Part shown: piece by piece, positions 25,217-38,280 of the stretch
Layout: each line of letters begins with the position of its first letter
Position numbering within the stretch: the stretch's first letter is position 1
Origin: Azolla caroliniana
Lineage: Eukaryota > Plantae > Polypodiophyta
Direction of reading: 5' to 3'
Length of the DNA stretch: 64,000 bases
Assembly: GCA_043228905.1 (NCBI GenBank)
Contig: JBHGNT010000010.1
Coordinates: 9,114,001 to 9,178,000, forward strand
The notes under the pieces: model-generated
The model's input: only the letters and a program-made list of their open reading frames with translations
Told to the model about the DNA's origin: nothing
The model's database searches: none
Program-made: the position numbers and the translations under genes

Positions 25217-27168
25217 CCGCTGAGTCTAGTTCGGGTGTGTCTTCGACAACAAAGAACAACCCGACAATAAAGCTAAATGGCCAATTCATCTCCTCCATAA
25301 CCACTAGCAGATAGAGGCCCGGTCCTTGTCCGCACTTGTGTGACGCGCACATCACGACATTTGGCATGTGTGTCACGCGCCACGCGACAACGTGTTCGTG
25401 ACATCTTGTCGATAGTAGAAGTTTTGCTCATGGGACTGTGCTTGGTTGTGTCGGTCTTGCTTGAATCGACTTCTTTTGCCACGACCTTGTCCTTTTCCTC
25501 CATCAACACGTTTGCATTCACAAGTGGAAGGATCGCGCACAAGTGGAAGGATAAGGAATATTCCGTTTGATTTTGGGATTTTTTTTGCCATTTCACAAAA
25601 CATCTTGATACTAGTATCACATGTTCTCCAAAACTTGATGAAAAAGTTGAAAATTTCACCATTTGGTAAAATTGAAAAATGCCAAATTTGGGTAAAATAT
25701 GAAAAGTAACTTTGTGGATTTTTAAAGAAAAATGACAACTAATAAGTTTTTAGATCTTAAAGAAATCAAAGTAGAATATTTCAAAACAATGAACGTTTTT
25801 ATTCCATTCGATAAAATGTTCTCTAAATTTGTTACATATAGTTGTACAACAAATACATTTGGGAGTTATTTGCATGACTATCATCATTCTTTTCATGAGA
25901 ATCACTACTATAGATAATATACAATTGTGACTCTTCCTCCTCATCTTCCAATGTACCAATCAAATCATTGTCTTCACCAAATGGTATCTCCTAATTTTGT
26001 GCAATAAATTTTCTTCGCCTTCAATCTGAGATATCTTCTAGACTTGCTAATATCTCTTTTATTATGTATATCGTTGTTGTCCTTAAACATCCAACTTTTG
26101 TCTGTGTAAAGTCATACATAATGATATCCACCTCATTAATGTCAATGATAGATGTATTACAAAGGTTTAATACATCATCACGTCCAAAACTTTACCAATG
26201 CAGAATTGGTACCCTAGGTCATGGCCATCTACACGTGTAGCTATTAATATCCCCATCTTGAGTTCTTGCAAGTTTCCTTGTCATCTGAGTTATGCTTGTG
26301 TTGTCATCCTTCGTTCCAACTATAAAGATTAACATTAAGTAGTGATTGAGAACCACACGAACACTTTATGGACCATGTAAATGGCATTTGCAAGGTTCAA
26401 TTACCATCAACACAATTATTAATAGTTTTTTGTTAATCAATGATGCACATGTTCACCATAAAGTATCTTGTTGTACAACATACTTGTTTGCACTATCGAT
26501 ATGCATCTTTTTCTCTTGTTAAAACAAACATTTTAGTACGATTCAAGTTCATGTTTAAAAAACCTCTTTTATTTGAAAAACAACAAGATTTTAAACATTA
26601 ACTCGATATATTGTATCGAGTTGATGTAAAAATTGAGTTTTCATAATAATTCCATACAATGTATTGAATTCTTGCTCAAAGTTTTTTTTACTGGATTTAA
26701 AAAAAAATAAAAAAATAAATTGTGCTTGAGTTCATCTAGAAAACCATAATTTTCATCACAATTCGATATAATGTATTGAGTTCATGCTTAAAGCAATTTT
26801 TTCTAATTTTTTTCAATTTTGTTTCAATTTTTTCAATTTTTTCTAATTTTTTATTGATTTTGTTTTATTTTTTAAACATCAATTTGATACATTGTATCGA
26901 CTTGTGATAAAAACTCTGGTTTTTTCATCACTTATTCAAGCTCAATTTTTTTTTAGAAAAAAAAAACAAAATACCAAAATAAAATAGGAAAAAATGTAAT
27001 TATTTTAAAAAAAAAATCCAAAATAAAACTTTAAAAAGTTAGCTTTTCGACATGAACTTGATACGGCGTATCGAGTTCATGTAAAAAAGTTAGCTTAGCT
27101 CATGTCATGATATGGTAAGACTCGAACCCCTGTGTATCGAGTTCATGTAAAAAAGTTAGCTTAGCTCA

Positions 27169-29595
27169 TGTCATGATATGGTAGGACTCAAACCCATGAC
27201 CTTATGCTACATGGGTCGAGCTCTTGACCATTAGACCATACATTATAATATATAAAATATTATTTTCATTTTTCCTATATCGAGTGTTACTTGTATATTC
27301 TTCTCACACAGTATATCGCTGTCATCATCATTCCCTCTCAGTCCCTCTCTCTCCACTATTGATCATATCTTCACACTTAGATGCCTAATTGACCAAACTA
27401 AGGCTCGCAAGAAGAAATTGTATTGTTGTTTTGTGGACTTCCGCAAAGCCTTTGACACAGTCCCTAAAGAGCGGTTGTTTGATAGACTTAAAAGCTTGAG
27501 GATACCAGATGATATGGTATGGGCCATCTACGCACTATATGAACAAGTGTCCGGGTGTGTCCGATGCCCAGGTGGCCTATCTAATCGTTTCACTAGCACT
27601 ATTGGTGTAAAACTAGGTTGCCCGCTATCACCGACGCTTTTTGGGATCTACATTGATGAGATCACAGATTTTATTGCTCGTGAGGGAGGCATTGGAGTGG
27701 TCCTTGGGGATACGCAGGTTCGTATCTTGCTCTATGCGGATAACATAGTTTTGCTCTCTGAATCCAAACACGACCTACAAATGCACCTTAATGCCTTAGA
27801 GGACTTTTGTGTACAACGAGGATTGGTAGTGAATCTAGGGAAAACGAAAGTCCTTATCTTCCACACATCGGCCCAAGTTAGAGCTAAGTGTCACCTAACT
27901 ATCTCCCATAGCCCAGTCGAGGTGGTTGGATCATACGTCTATCTTGGAGTCACTTTTAGTGCCCGCTCAGGTAAATTTTCGATGACACAGGCAGCGAAGG
28001 ATAGACTCACGAGAGGACATGCATCCCTCTCACTCCTAGAGAGACAATGCCACCAAGCACACTTTCAAGAGCCACGGACTAAAGGGTGGCTCTTTGACTC
28101 ATTAGTGAACCCCTCCCTCATGTATGCATCAGCGGTTTGGGCTCCAGGATTACCATCTTTCATGTGGACGAAATTAGAGAGACCATTGGTGATGATGCTA
28201 TCACGCCAACTCCGAAGCAAATCGACTGTACCACATGACATTATTAGGGCTGAGTTCACGTTACCCCCAATGTTAGTAGAGGCACTTTTTCAACTTGTCG
28301 TCTTCATTCATAGGATACATAGCCAACCACATGATAGAATATCTCATCAAGCCTTTAAGGCCTCTCGATCATTGTATGAGTCCGGCTATACTAGCTCATG
28401 GTATGGCATGATGGTGAGTTGGCTTCTTGCGAATGGTCTAGACATTAATAACCTACCTCCCCTTAGGTACAACCACACGAGTGATAACACTTTAATCTCT
28501 CATGAGGACCGCAATAAAGTAATACGCCAAGAAATATGGAAAATTTACACTCGGTGTAAATGGATCACCCCACTAGAGCCACTCCCATCTAAAATGTTGT
28601 ACTATAAGAAACACTTCTTGCACTTCTTTGAGTTAGGTTTTATTACGTGACCAAAATATCTAGATGTATTCTTACCACATGCACTAAGGGTTGCCATTGG
28701 ACAACTTAGAATATCATCTCACCAACTTGAGATTGAGAATGGCCGTACTAGTGGAGTCCCTAGGGAGGGAAGGATATGTAGGTTATGTCACATAGAGATA
28801 GAGGATGAGTACCAATTTACATGCAAGTGTCCAACCTATGCCAAGATAAGGGCAAAATACCAAGACATACTTGGTTCGTCTCCCACCCTCCCCAAACTAT
28901 TAGATACTCTAGATATAAAGAAATTAGGCAAATACATTCTAGAGCTAAAACAACACAGAGAGAATAAGTTACAAAATGTTGACAATAATGTTGCTAATGA
29001 TCACGAACATGTAACAAATGAAGTTTTTCAGGAACAGGGGGAGACAACGAATGTCGACACACTTGCACCACTCAACCTTTCCATTGATGAGGCAGAAAAC
29101 CAGAGAAGAACCAGACGTCCTCGGGTGCCGGGTTTCAAAGCAACTCGACGTGATGTGGAAGCAATATTGAAAATAAGGGAACGTGAGCTACACCACCTAG
29201 AAGCCATGGCTAGGGTACTCTCTACATTGGAATTACGGGTCACACCAACATCAAGACCCTTTGACCCCCCACTTCTTTTCGAGAGGCTTGGGTGGAAATA
29301 AAATTAGGTTTAGTGTATGTATAGTCACTTTCGAGTATACTACGTATTGTACACTACTAGAACTCTTTTAGTTTAAGTTCTATTTTTTACTTAATTTTAT
29401 TTTAGTTATGATGACTGGATAAATACTCTTTTGTTGTAAACCAATTGTCTCATGGGCCAAATTTGGCCTTAGAAGACGTTAATATATCTTTCTTTCTTCT
29501 TTCTTTCTCTCTTCTTTTCTCAAGTGTTCTACACCTTAAATTCTTCTTAGTACTAATATTTCTCTCTTAGTACTAATTTCGTCTCTGTCTTAGAA
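27169..29595 (+). mobile_element. Chromovirus-type LTR (A-like, 3' end lost) interrupted by an RTE LINE
   Basis: TGTCATGATATGGTAGGACTCAAACCCATGACC matches the start of LTR A; TAGTACTAAT repeats after the LINE match U5 of LTR A. Confidence 0.78.
27350..29506 (+). mobile_element. 5'-truncated RTE-clade LINE (copy 1), inactive
   Basis: FVDFRKAFD, GCPLSP, YADN (catalytic D lost), YLG, C-terminal CxxC..H..C; (TTTC)n tail; near-identical to 60058-62400. Confidence 0.9.
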
Positions 29596-30753
29596 TTTTT
29601 CTTTTGAGCTTTAATAAGTGATGAAAAAACCAGACTTTTTATCAAAAGTCGACACAATATATCGAGTTCATGTTTAAAATTATTATTATTTCCATAAAAA
29701 ATAAAAATAAATCAAAAAATTGAAATAAATAAATAAAATTGAAACAAATTGAAAATGTTTTTTAAAAAATTAGAAAAAATTACTTTAAACATGAACTCGA
29801 TACATTGTATTGAATTGTGATGAAAAATCTAGTTTTTCTATGAACTCAAGCTTAATTTATTATTATTATTATTATTTAAATCCGGTAGAAAAACTTTGAA
29901 CATGAATTCAATATATTGTATAGAGTTATGATGAAAACTCTATTTTTTACATCAATTCAATACAACATATCGTGTTCATGTTTAAAACTCTTGTTGTTTT
30001 TCATATAAAAGAGATTTTTTAAAGATGTATGTTGCACAACAAGATACCTTATGGTAAACATGTGCTTCATTTATTAGAAGAAAACCATTAATAATTGTGT
30101 TGATGGTAATTGAACTTTGCAAATGCCATTTACTTCACAAATTTTGAAGGGGAATTCTTATAAGGAAGAAGATTATAACATTGTAGATACCTTGATAACT
30201 ATGTGTTATGTTCAAATTGATATGTTAATGTTCACATCTAAAGTTTGACAGTTTATGAATATCGTCTACATTTTAGGAGTTGTGGATTTATCAAAATTGT
30301 TTATGAATATTGTCTACATTTCTTGAGTTGTGAATTTATGGATGTTAATGAGCACTAATTTATAGATGATGACATTAAGGATTGCAATATTAGCTTTTAT
30401 ACTTAAAACATTTTCAAGTCTAACAATAGATGTAATCTTAATCTCCTCAAGATGGTGAAACCATTAATCTTAACTTGTGCCTTGATGTGACCATAATTGT
30501 GTTTTTCTTTAAGTTAACTACATTTCATGTCTGCAAACCATCAAAATTTAAACATTTATCCCTAAACTATTCAATTTTAGAAATTATCATTTTGAAATTT
30601 GTTAAATCTCAAAAAATCAGCAAAATTTACATGTTATTTAAAACATGTGATACTGGTGTATCAAGTTTTTGGAAATTGTCTAAAATCGCAAGATTATAAA
30701 AGGAATCTATAAGTGGAATGCACAATCCTTCCACTTGTGAATGCAAAGGTGTT

Positions 30754-31362
30754 CATCTGAGTTTGAATAGAGCATGTATCCCTCTTGCACATTGATCCTC
30801 GTTCAGACGTGGTTTTCTTCAACCAATAACATTGACTGGAGATCGAAGGAGGGAGGATTCTCTCTTGCGAGAACGACCGACCTTACTGTGCCAAACCGAG
30901 GTGTCAAGCCTCCGAGGCATATCTGCACCATTTCATCATCGTCAATGCTGACATTGATCGACCTGAGGGTGTCGCACAACTCCTTGATCTTCAAGGTGTA
31001 GCTACCGATTGACATGTCCTTCTGTTGAATACTGTTCAACTCGTGACGAAGTTGAAGGTTGCGAGCAACTGTATTGGCCATGAAGATTTTCTTGAGGTTC
31101 CTCCACGCCTCCTTCGACGGTTTTCACTCTTGAATGTAACCGAGCATGTGATCATGTATGCATGATGCAAGGTAGTATAACACACGGCTCGCAACTTGCT
31201 CCCAGGCTAGGTAGTCGGCGTGTGTCGACTTGGGTTGCGTTTCTTGTGCGCCTTCAATATAGCCCCAATAGCCTTGGTCGACAAGGTATTGGTGCATCTT
31301 GTTTTCCAGAGATGCAAAATTGTTTTTGTCGAGTTTCTTGGTAGGAAGAGCGCTTCCCCCCA
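30754..31362 (-). pseudogene. gag: gag 5' part of host Copia (continues at 25504-25390)
   Basis: MGGSALPTKKLDKNNF...MHQYL..QGYW; LQLRHELNSIQQ; LQSMLLVEENH; homologous to 53406-54000. Confidence 0.85.
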
Positions 31363-34300
31363 TACAATGCATAAGTATAAATACACTTAGGGCAATATGA
31401 GCGTGTGTGTAGAATAGAAGTAGCGTAGGAGTGTGAGGAGTGTGTAGAGAGACAGAGAGAGAGTGTGGCGCCATAGATGTGTGCGTAACAGTAGACGCCA
31501 AGAGCCCTGCGTGGCTGATACACTCGAAAGAGTGCTGTAACATACCCTCTATTGTATTTCCACCATATAGTGAAGTTTTTTTCTCCGTGGTTTTCTCTTG
31601 TTTAGGGGTTTCCACGTAAATCTCTGTGTACTATTGTTTATCTTGTCTCTCTCTGGCATATTGGTGTGATTTGTATTTCAGCACAGTTCGTTTATTGTGA
31701 TTTGACTGAACGATTTCTCAACAATCTGGTATCAGAGCTTGAGGTGCAAGCATGGAAGGAGGTGTGAGCGGTTTCCCAAGTATGATAGTTCTCAACTCAC
31801 ATAACTATGCAGACTAGAAGATCAAGATGGAAGACCTTCTCATAGTTAAAGACCTGTACGAGCCAGTCGACAAAGCAGAAATACCCAGGGGGGTATTGGA
31901 GTCAGACTGGAAGCTTCTAAATAGAAAGGTGGTGGCCACTATCCGACAATGCGTCGATGTAAGTGTCCTTCAACATGTGGCGAACGACACAAATGCCTAC
32001 GAAATGTGCCAGAAGCTGTCGGGCCTGTATGAGAGGAAGAACACGCTCAATAAAACCTCACTGATGAGAAAAATCATACGGTTGAAATACAGAGACGGTG
32101 AGAGCATCGTCGAACACATCAACACATTCATGGGGTATGTAAATCAACTTGCTACGACCAAGTTTCCCTTGGATGATGCAATGCAAGCCATCCTGCTGAT
32201 GTGCACACTATCGGACAGCTAGGAGAACCTGGTGGTTACTCTCAGCACGTCCTGTCAAGAAGAGAACTTGTCTTTGCAGACGGTGAAGACAAGCATCCTA
32301 AACGAGGAGGAAAGGAGGAAAGACAAAGGAGTCCTGTCCCAATCGTAGTCGAATCTGACTCAACATATGGATAGAGGAAGAGACCGGCAAAGAAGAAGTC
32401 CGCAATGAACGGAAAAATCCCACGCCAGATCGAAGTCCAGAGGTAAGCCCGTGTGCTTTTATTGTGGAAAGCCTGGACACTTCCAAAAGGATTGTCGACA
32501 CTTAAAGAAAGATAAGAGTGTCGGAAATAATGTCGAACCCAGGAAGATTCCTGATGAGAAGAACACTTCGGCCATTGCTACGAGCAATGAAGAACTCATG
32601 TTCATTTGTGAATAGACGAGTGCAAATCTTGCGAGTGAAGATTGCACGTGGGTGATTGATTCGGAGACATCGTTCCACATAACTCCGTCGAGAGAGTATT
32701 TCTCAACTTACATAGTCGGGGATCATGGCTATGTAAAGATGGGTGACAGTGGAGAGTGCAGGGTAACCGGAGTCGGAAGTGTTTGCTTAACGACGTCAAT
32801 AGGGTGTCGACTGACATTGAAGGATGTTCGACATGTCCCCGATATCAGATTGAATCAGATATCGACCGGAAGGTTAGATGACAAGGGGCAAGTGGAAGTT
32901 TTGTCGAGGGAATCTTATAGTGGCCCGAGCACAGAAAGAAGGCACATTATATATGATGCATGCCCGACTGTGCAAATAAGAAGTAAATGTGGTAGCCGAC
33001 TCGGTAGGTGAGATATGGCATAAGAGGCTAGGCCACATGAGTGAGAAGGGAATGCACCTGTTAGCTGACCAAAAACTTCTACCAGAAGTCAAGGGAGTGC
33101 ACCTAGAGAAGTGTATCGACTGCTTTGCCGGAAAGCAGAATAGGGCGGCATTCCACACAAGACCACCGAGAAGAAGAGAGGTTGCACTGGAACTAGTACA
33201 CATAGACGTGTGCTATGTTGATGCTCCATCGCATCGAGGTGGATAGTACTTTGTGACATTCATTGACGACCATAGTCGGAAGACATGGGCCTTTGTACTG
33301 AAGGCGAAGGATCAAGTACTGTCGGTTTTCAAGGAATTCCAGGCAAGAGCCGAAAGAGAGTTGGGTCGGAAGTTGAAGGTTGTTTGAACTGACAACGGTG
33401 GCGAGTATAGAGGCCAATTTGAGGAATACTGCAAATGCCAAGGTATTCAAATCGAATACACAGTGCCAAAGACCCTAGAGTTGAATGGGCTTGTAGAGAG
33501 GATGAATCAGATGATCATGGAGAGAGTAAGGAGCATGCTCTCTCATGCGAAACTGTCGAAATCTTATTGGGCTTAGGTTATGTACAAAGTTGTTTATCTG
33601 ATCAACAGGTCTCCCTCAGTACCATTGAAGGGTGATGTCCCACAGAGGGTGTGGACAAGGAAGGATGTCTCCTACTAGCATCTGAGGGTGTTCGGATGTT
33701 TGGCGTACATGCATGTACCAAAAGATCAAAGGTCAAAACTCGACAGCAAGTCGAAAGCATGCACATTCATGGGATACTCGGAAGATGATTTCGGCTACGG
33801 GCTATGGGACCTAGTCGACAAGAAGGTAGTGAGAAGTCAGGATGTAGTCTTTCTAGAAGACAAGACAATTGAAGACTGGAAGCAATAGAAGTCGGAATCG
33901 ACTCCCCAGTCAACCCCGACTACCATTGTCTTACAACTGTAAGGAGACAGCTGGCCGATAGAGTCGAATCCGAGTCAGTCGACTCGGAGAGACTGACTGA
34001 CTATGAGTCAGAATCAGGAGAGCTACAAAGGTCAATTGATGAATATGAGTTGGAATTACCCAACCTGGAGAGGCCGATTGACGAGCAGAGAGAAGAGTTG
34101 GCAGAGAAATCCGAAAGTAAGCCAACAACGAGTGGAAGAAGATACCCACTCAGAGAAAGGAAAGCACCGACTACATACGCTAGTCAATACATCGTCTTGA
34201 CTGATGAAGGTGAACCGAAGTGCTACGAAGAAGCCATTGCCGATGAGCACAGAGAGAAATGGCTGAGTGCGATGCAAGATGAGATGGAATCCTTGCACGA

Positions 34301-36336
34301 GAACTACACCTACGACCTAGTAGAGTTGTCGAAAGGTAAAGAATAAGTGGGTCCACAAGGTGAAGACTGGAGAAGCCGATAGTGAGCCTAGGTATAAAGC
34401 CCGCATAGTGGTGAAAGGTTTCCAACAGAATAAGGGTGTCGACTTTGACGAAATATTCGCACCAGTCGTTAAGATGACATCCATCCGAACTATTTTGAGC
34501 ATAGCGGCCATCATGGACCTAGAGATCGAACAGTTGGATGTTAAAACCACATTTTTGCACGGGGCACTTGAAGAAGAAATCTATATGCAGCAACCCAAAG
34601 GCTTTGAGGAGAAAGGGAAAGAGAATCTGGTGTGTCGACTGAAGAAAAGCTTGTACGGTCTGAAACAAGCTCCATGCCAATGGTACAAGAAGTTCGAGTC
34701 CTTCATGATGGAACACCGGTTCCAGAAAACACAGGCCAATCACTGTGTGTTCGTCAAAAGGTATGAAGAAGGAGACTTCTTGATTCTCTTGATATATGTC
34801 GACGACATGTTGATAGTCGGTCAAGATACAAGGAAGATTGGAAGCTTGAAGAAAGCTCTCGGCAAATCATTTGCCATGAAAGACCTTGAACCGACTAAAC
34901 AGATCCTGGGAATGCACATAGTTCGAGAAAGAACTCAAAAGGTGCTATGGTTGTCACAACAAAAGTATGTGACGAAGATCCTAGAGAGATTTAACATGTC
35001 AAATGCAAAGCCAATCGGCTCAGCGTTGTCGACAAATTGCAGATTGAATGCGAAGTAGTGCCCGAAAGGGGAGAAGGAAAAGGCCGAGATGAGGAAGGTA
35101 CCATATGCCTCGGCCGTAGGCAGTCTAATGTATGCTATGGTCTGTATGAGATCAGACATAGCATTTGTTGTAGGAGCAGTAAGCCGATATATGAGTAATC
35201 CTGGGAGAGAACACTGGGTAGCGGTGAAGTGGATACTCAGGAACTTAAAGGGCACTTCAGGGTTGTGCCTAAGGTATGGTGTTAGAAAACCTGTGCTAGA
35301 AGGTTTTACTGATTCAGACATGTCGGGAGATGTCGACTCCAGCCGATCCACGTCAGGGTACATGATGACCTATGCAGGGGGAGCGGTGTCATGGCAGTCA
35401 CGACTACAGAAGTTTGTAGCCTTGTCCACTACAGAGGCAGAGTATATGGTAGCGGTAGAGGCCGACATAGAGCTAATTTGGAGGAGAAATTTACTCAACG
35501 AATTAGGGATGAAGCAAAAGGAGTTCTTGCTTCACTGTGATAGCCAAAGCACCATACACCTTGCCAAGAATGCTGCATACCACTCCCAGACCAAGCACAT
35601 ACAGAGAAGGTATCACTAGTTGCGGGAGAGAGTCGAAGCAGAAGAGTTTTCTCTTGTGAAGATCCATACTGACGACAATGGATCCCACATGCTGACGAAG
35701 AACCTACCTATGGATAGACTCAGAGTCCGTCGACAGAAGACAGGATTGACTGACTTCCTCCGACAGGAGTGAAGGGGGAGTTTGTTGGGAATATGTCCTT
35801 CCAGTGGGAGGAACCGACTATCCAGAAGTTGTTGATAGTCGATGACTACGAGGAGACGACTAATTGGACCAAGGAGAGCCGACAGTCGAAGAGTCGAAAA
35901 ATAGTGAGTCGACTATTATTATTATAGCAATAATAATAATGATACGTAGTAGAGGCTACATTTGTAAATAGCCCATACACTGTATAAGTATAAATACACT
36001 TAGGGCAATATGAGCGTGTGTGTAGAACAGAAGTAGCGTTAGAGCGTGAGGAGTGTGTAGAGAGACAGAGAAAGAGTGCAACGCCATAGCTGTGTGCGTA
36101 ATAGTAGACGCCAAGAGCCCTACGTGGCTGATACACTCGAAAGAGTGCTGTAACATACCCTCTGTTGTATTTCCACCGTATAGTGAAGTTCTGTTCTCCG
36201 TGGTTTTCTCCCGTTTTAGGGTTTCCACGTAAATCTATGTGTACTATTGTTTGTCTTGTCTCTCTCTAGCATATTGGTGTGATTTGTATTTCAGCACAAT
36301 TCGTTTATTGTGATTCAACTGAACGATTTCTCAACA
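31357..36336 (+). mobile_element. Tnt1/Tork-like Ty1/Copia 'K'; 5' LTR truncated (31357-31723), PBS tRNA-iMet 31727-31738, 3' LTR 35783-36336
   Basis: TGGTATCAGAGC PBS; PPT GAAGGGGGAG; decayed gag (CFYCGKPGHFQKDC), protease, integrase, RT (YVDDML), RNase H. Confidence 0.92.
31752..35772 (+). pseudogene. gag-pol: Copia K gag-pol polyprotein with multiple stops
   Basis: WHKRLGHMSEKG, TDNGGEY, FGCLAY, KARIVVKGF, QLDVKT.FLHG, LYGLKQAP, ALSTTEAEY. Confidence 0.9.
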
Positions 36337-36463
36337 TTAACTACACTGAACATGTGTCATAAAACTATAATTCTATGACACACTAGTTACTATAGTAGGT
36401 GGTGGGGTGTTCACACACTAGGGCGTGTTTCCACACTAGGGAAGTTGAGTTTGATTCTCAATA
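36337..36463 (-). repeat. 5' LTR remnant of host Copia
   Basis: Matches 5108-5218 and is followed by TSD GGGTC. Confidence 0.85.
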
Positions 36464-36469
36464 GGGTCA

Positions 36470-38280
36470 TTAAACCATCTGCGATTAGAATATCCTATTA
36501 CTGTTATTTTGTGCTCTAAAGCACAAGGATAATCGATTGTTGCTTCCATAGGGAGATAACTTATTTGCATTATCCACATCAAAAGACCAAAAGGTCCTAT
36601 CTTGGAAGTAACCCTTTATTATCATGATTACTTCCAATCTTGAAAACACACCTATTCATCTGAGGTGAGAGCTAGTAGGTGGTATAGTGTCTATAGGTAT
36701 ATACCAAGTCCTAACTAAGTTACTATGACCTTTTGCCATTTCCCTCCACCCCTTTGGATCAATAATACCTAGTCCCCCTTTGGATCAAAGTACGGTAATT
36801 ACATCCCATTTAACCTTGGACTGAGCATGACTTAGGGTATTTTCTAAGGTTCACTTAACCTTGTATTTTCTAGACCACAAGAAGTTTCGTATTAACCTTC
36901 ATATTTCCAAAATACATGATTTGGAAAAGATGCAACTAGAGAACACATACCATGTTGTTGCTAGCAAAACTTGGTTTGCAACTATACCCCGACTTGTGAA
37001 AGAAAGCGTGGTTTAACTTCTAACCCTTCCTAGCATCATAACTAGGGGTGCGACTTGATTCTCAAATGATAAATCAATGTCTATTGTACAACCTAAATAG
37101 AAAATTGGGATACCTCCTAGAATCCATCAAAATTGAGGACATGGTTTTCATAACGGAGGGTACTCATCCCAACCCAAAGTGCCATCAATTTATTCTAGTT
37201 AACAAGTGTGCCAAAATCCTCACAAAATGAGAGATATCCAATTTAGCTTTATTTAGATTATCCAGATCATCAGCAAGTTCAACTTCTTTTAACTTTGCAC
37301 TAGAAAATAGGATACTCAATCCGCGTAGACCAATCTCATCAACATTCAAAAAGACAATCATTGCCTTAGCAAGGAAAATGATTGTGATATGGTGAAGAAA
37401 GAACCATAGTCCCCTTCCAATAAAACACAACTTTTTGTTATACAATGTAAGGAGGCAATGTTTGTAATCCACTCTAAAGAGAAACCAAACTTAGCCAATG
37501 TACATTGTAAGATTTCTCAAAATCGAGCATAATAATTTCCAACTTCTATTTGGTTTTGGCAACTATAGAAGTCGATTCCAAAAATCTAATGACATGATTA
37601 TCTAGGATAGTTCATCGTAAGAACAAATGTTGATGTTAGACTGTCCATGCCTAGGCAATTAGTTTGGGGCAAGGCTTGAAGCGCTTCTCTCACTTCATCA
37701 TAAGGGAAGTCTTCTTGTAGTTGAGCACTCATGTCCAATGTTATTTTTGGTTGTAAAGTATTCCATACTCAAGAATCTACACATTAATTCCTTTGATTTT
37801 CTAGAATAATAATGTGTTGGAATCTCTCGCATCTCATGTGGCTCTGATATGATGAACCCATTTTCATGTTGAATTTGTCTTACAAAATGGCATTATGTTG
37901 TGGTCTCATAATGTGAAAAAATTATGTTTCTCTTTTGGCTCCCATTTAAGTACACAGGTGTCATGCAATGATAATGGAATTCACCTCTGTCTTGAAGAAC
38001 AAAGGTTCTTGTTTTGTTGTTCCAAGTTGCGCAATTATCCAAGCACAACATGGATAGTGTTCTTGTAGCCATTGTAAAGACCTTACAGAAGCATGCCATT
38101 GCTTTTCCTATTGATGAAGCTTAACCTTTCATTAGATTTAAGTTTTTAAAAGTCAAATATTTCTTGTACACCATTAACCACCTTTGTTGCGATTGAGTCC
38201 CCTAATACTTTTTTCTGATACCATAATTTGGTTACTTGCAACCAAAAGCTATCATCTTAAGAACACACACTCTAGACTAT
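36470..38280 (-). mobile_element. Old, degenerate L1-type LINE RT remnant (possibly continuing at about 4300-4870)
   Basis: Minus-strand fragments LADD (near 37275), SRGIVANQVLL..TWY, NFLWS, KVKWD, KGGLGII; boundaries approximate. Confidence 0.55.

Larger units (their letters stand above)
7929..25389 (+). mobile_element. Non-autonomous Ty3/Gypsy 'D' (PBS tRNA-Trp); 5' LTR about 7929-8726 (5'-truncated), 3' LTR 23595-25389
   Basis: LTR homology of 7929-8726 with 23760-25389; primer-binding site (PBS) TGGTGAACCCGACATG; G-rich PPT before 23595; integrase C-terminal remnant GDWVLLY...KFARRWFG near 23280-23420; no intact gag/RT. Confidence 0.8.
26377..30133. repeat. Long AT-rich inverted repeat arms (about 26377-26950 vs 29600-30133) with palindromic subunits
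   Basis: GTAAATGGCATTTGCAA... vs ...TTGCAAATGCCATTTAC; repeated ACTCGATAnnnTATCGAGT palindromes. Confidence 0.85.
25505..30753. mobile_element. Non-autonomous TIR DNA transposon, about 35-bp TIRs, 4-bp TSD CATC (Sola-like by inference)
   Basis: AACACGTTTGCATTCACAAGTGGAAGGAT at 25505 and its inverted copy ending at 30753; CATC at 25501-25504 and 30754-30757; excision restores the Copia gag frame (YSNSD|GGKGQGRG). Confidence 0.85.
4876..36463 (-). mobile_element. Ty1/Copia element (nest host) split by multiple insertions; 5-bp TSD GGGTC
   Basis: GGGTC at 4871-4875 and 36464-36468; 3' LTR 4876-5218 matches 5' LTR remnant 36337-36463; gag pieces at 30754-31362 and 25390-25504; pol at 5219-7925. 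Confidence 0.88.

Noticed and set aside
31124-31615. Novel 163-aa gene
   Set aside because: Chimera of an antisense LTR and Copia gag created by a deletion
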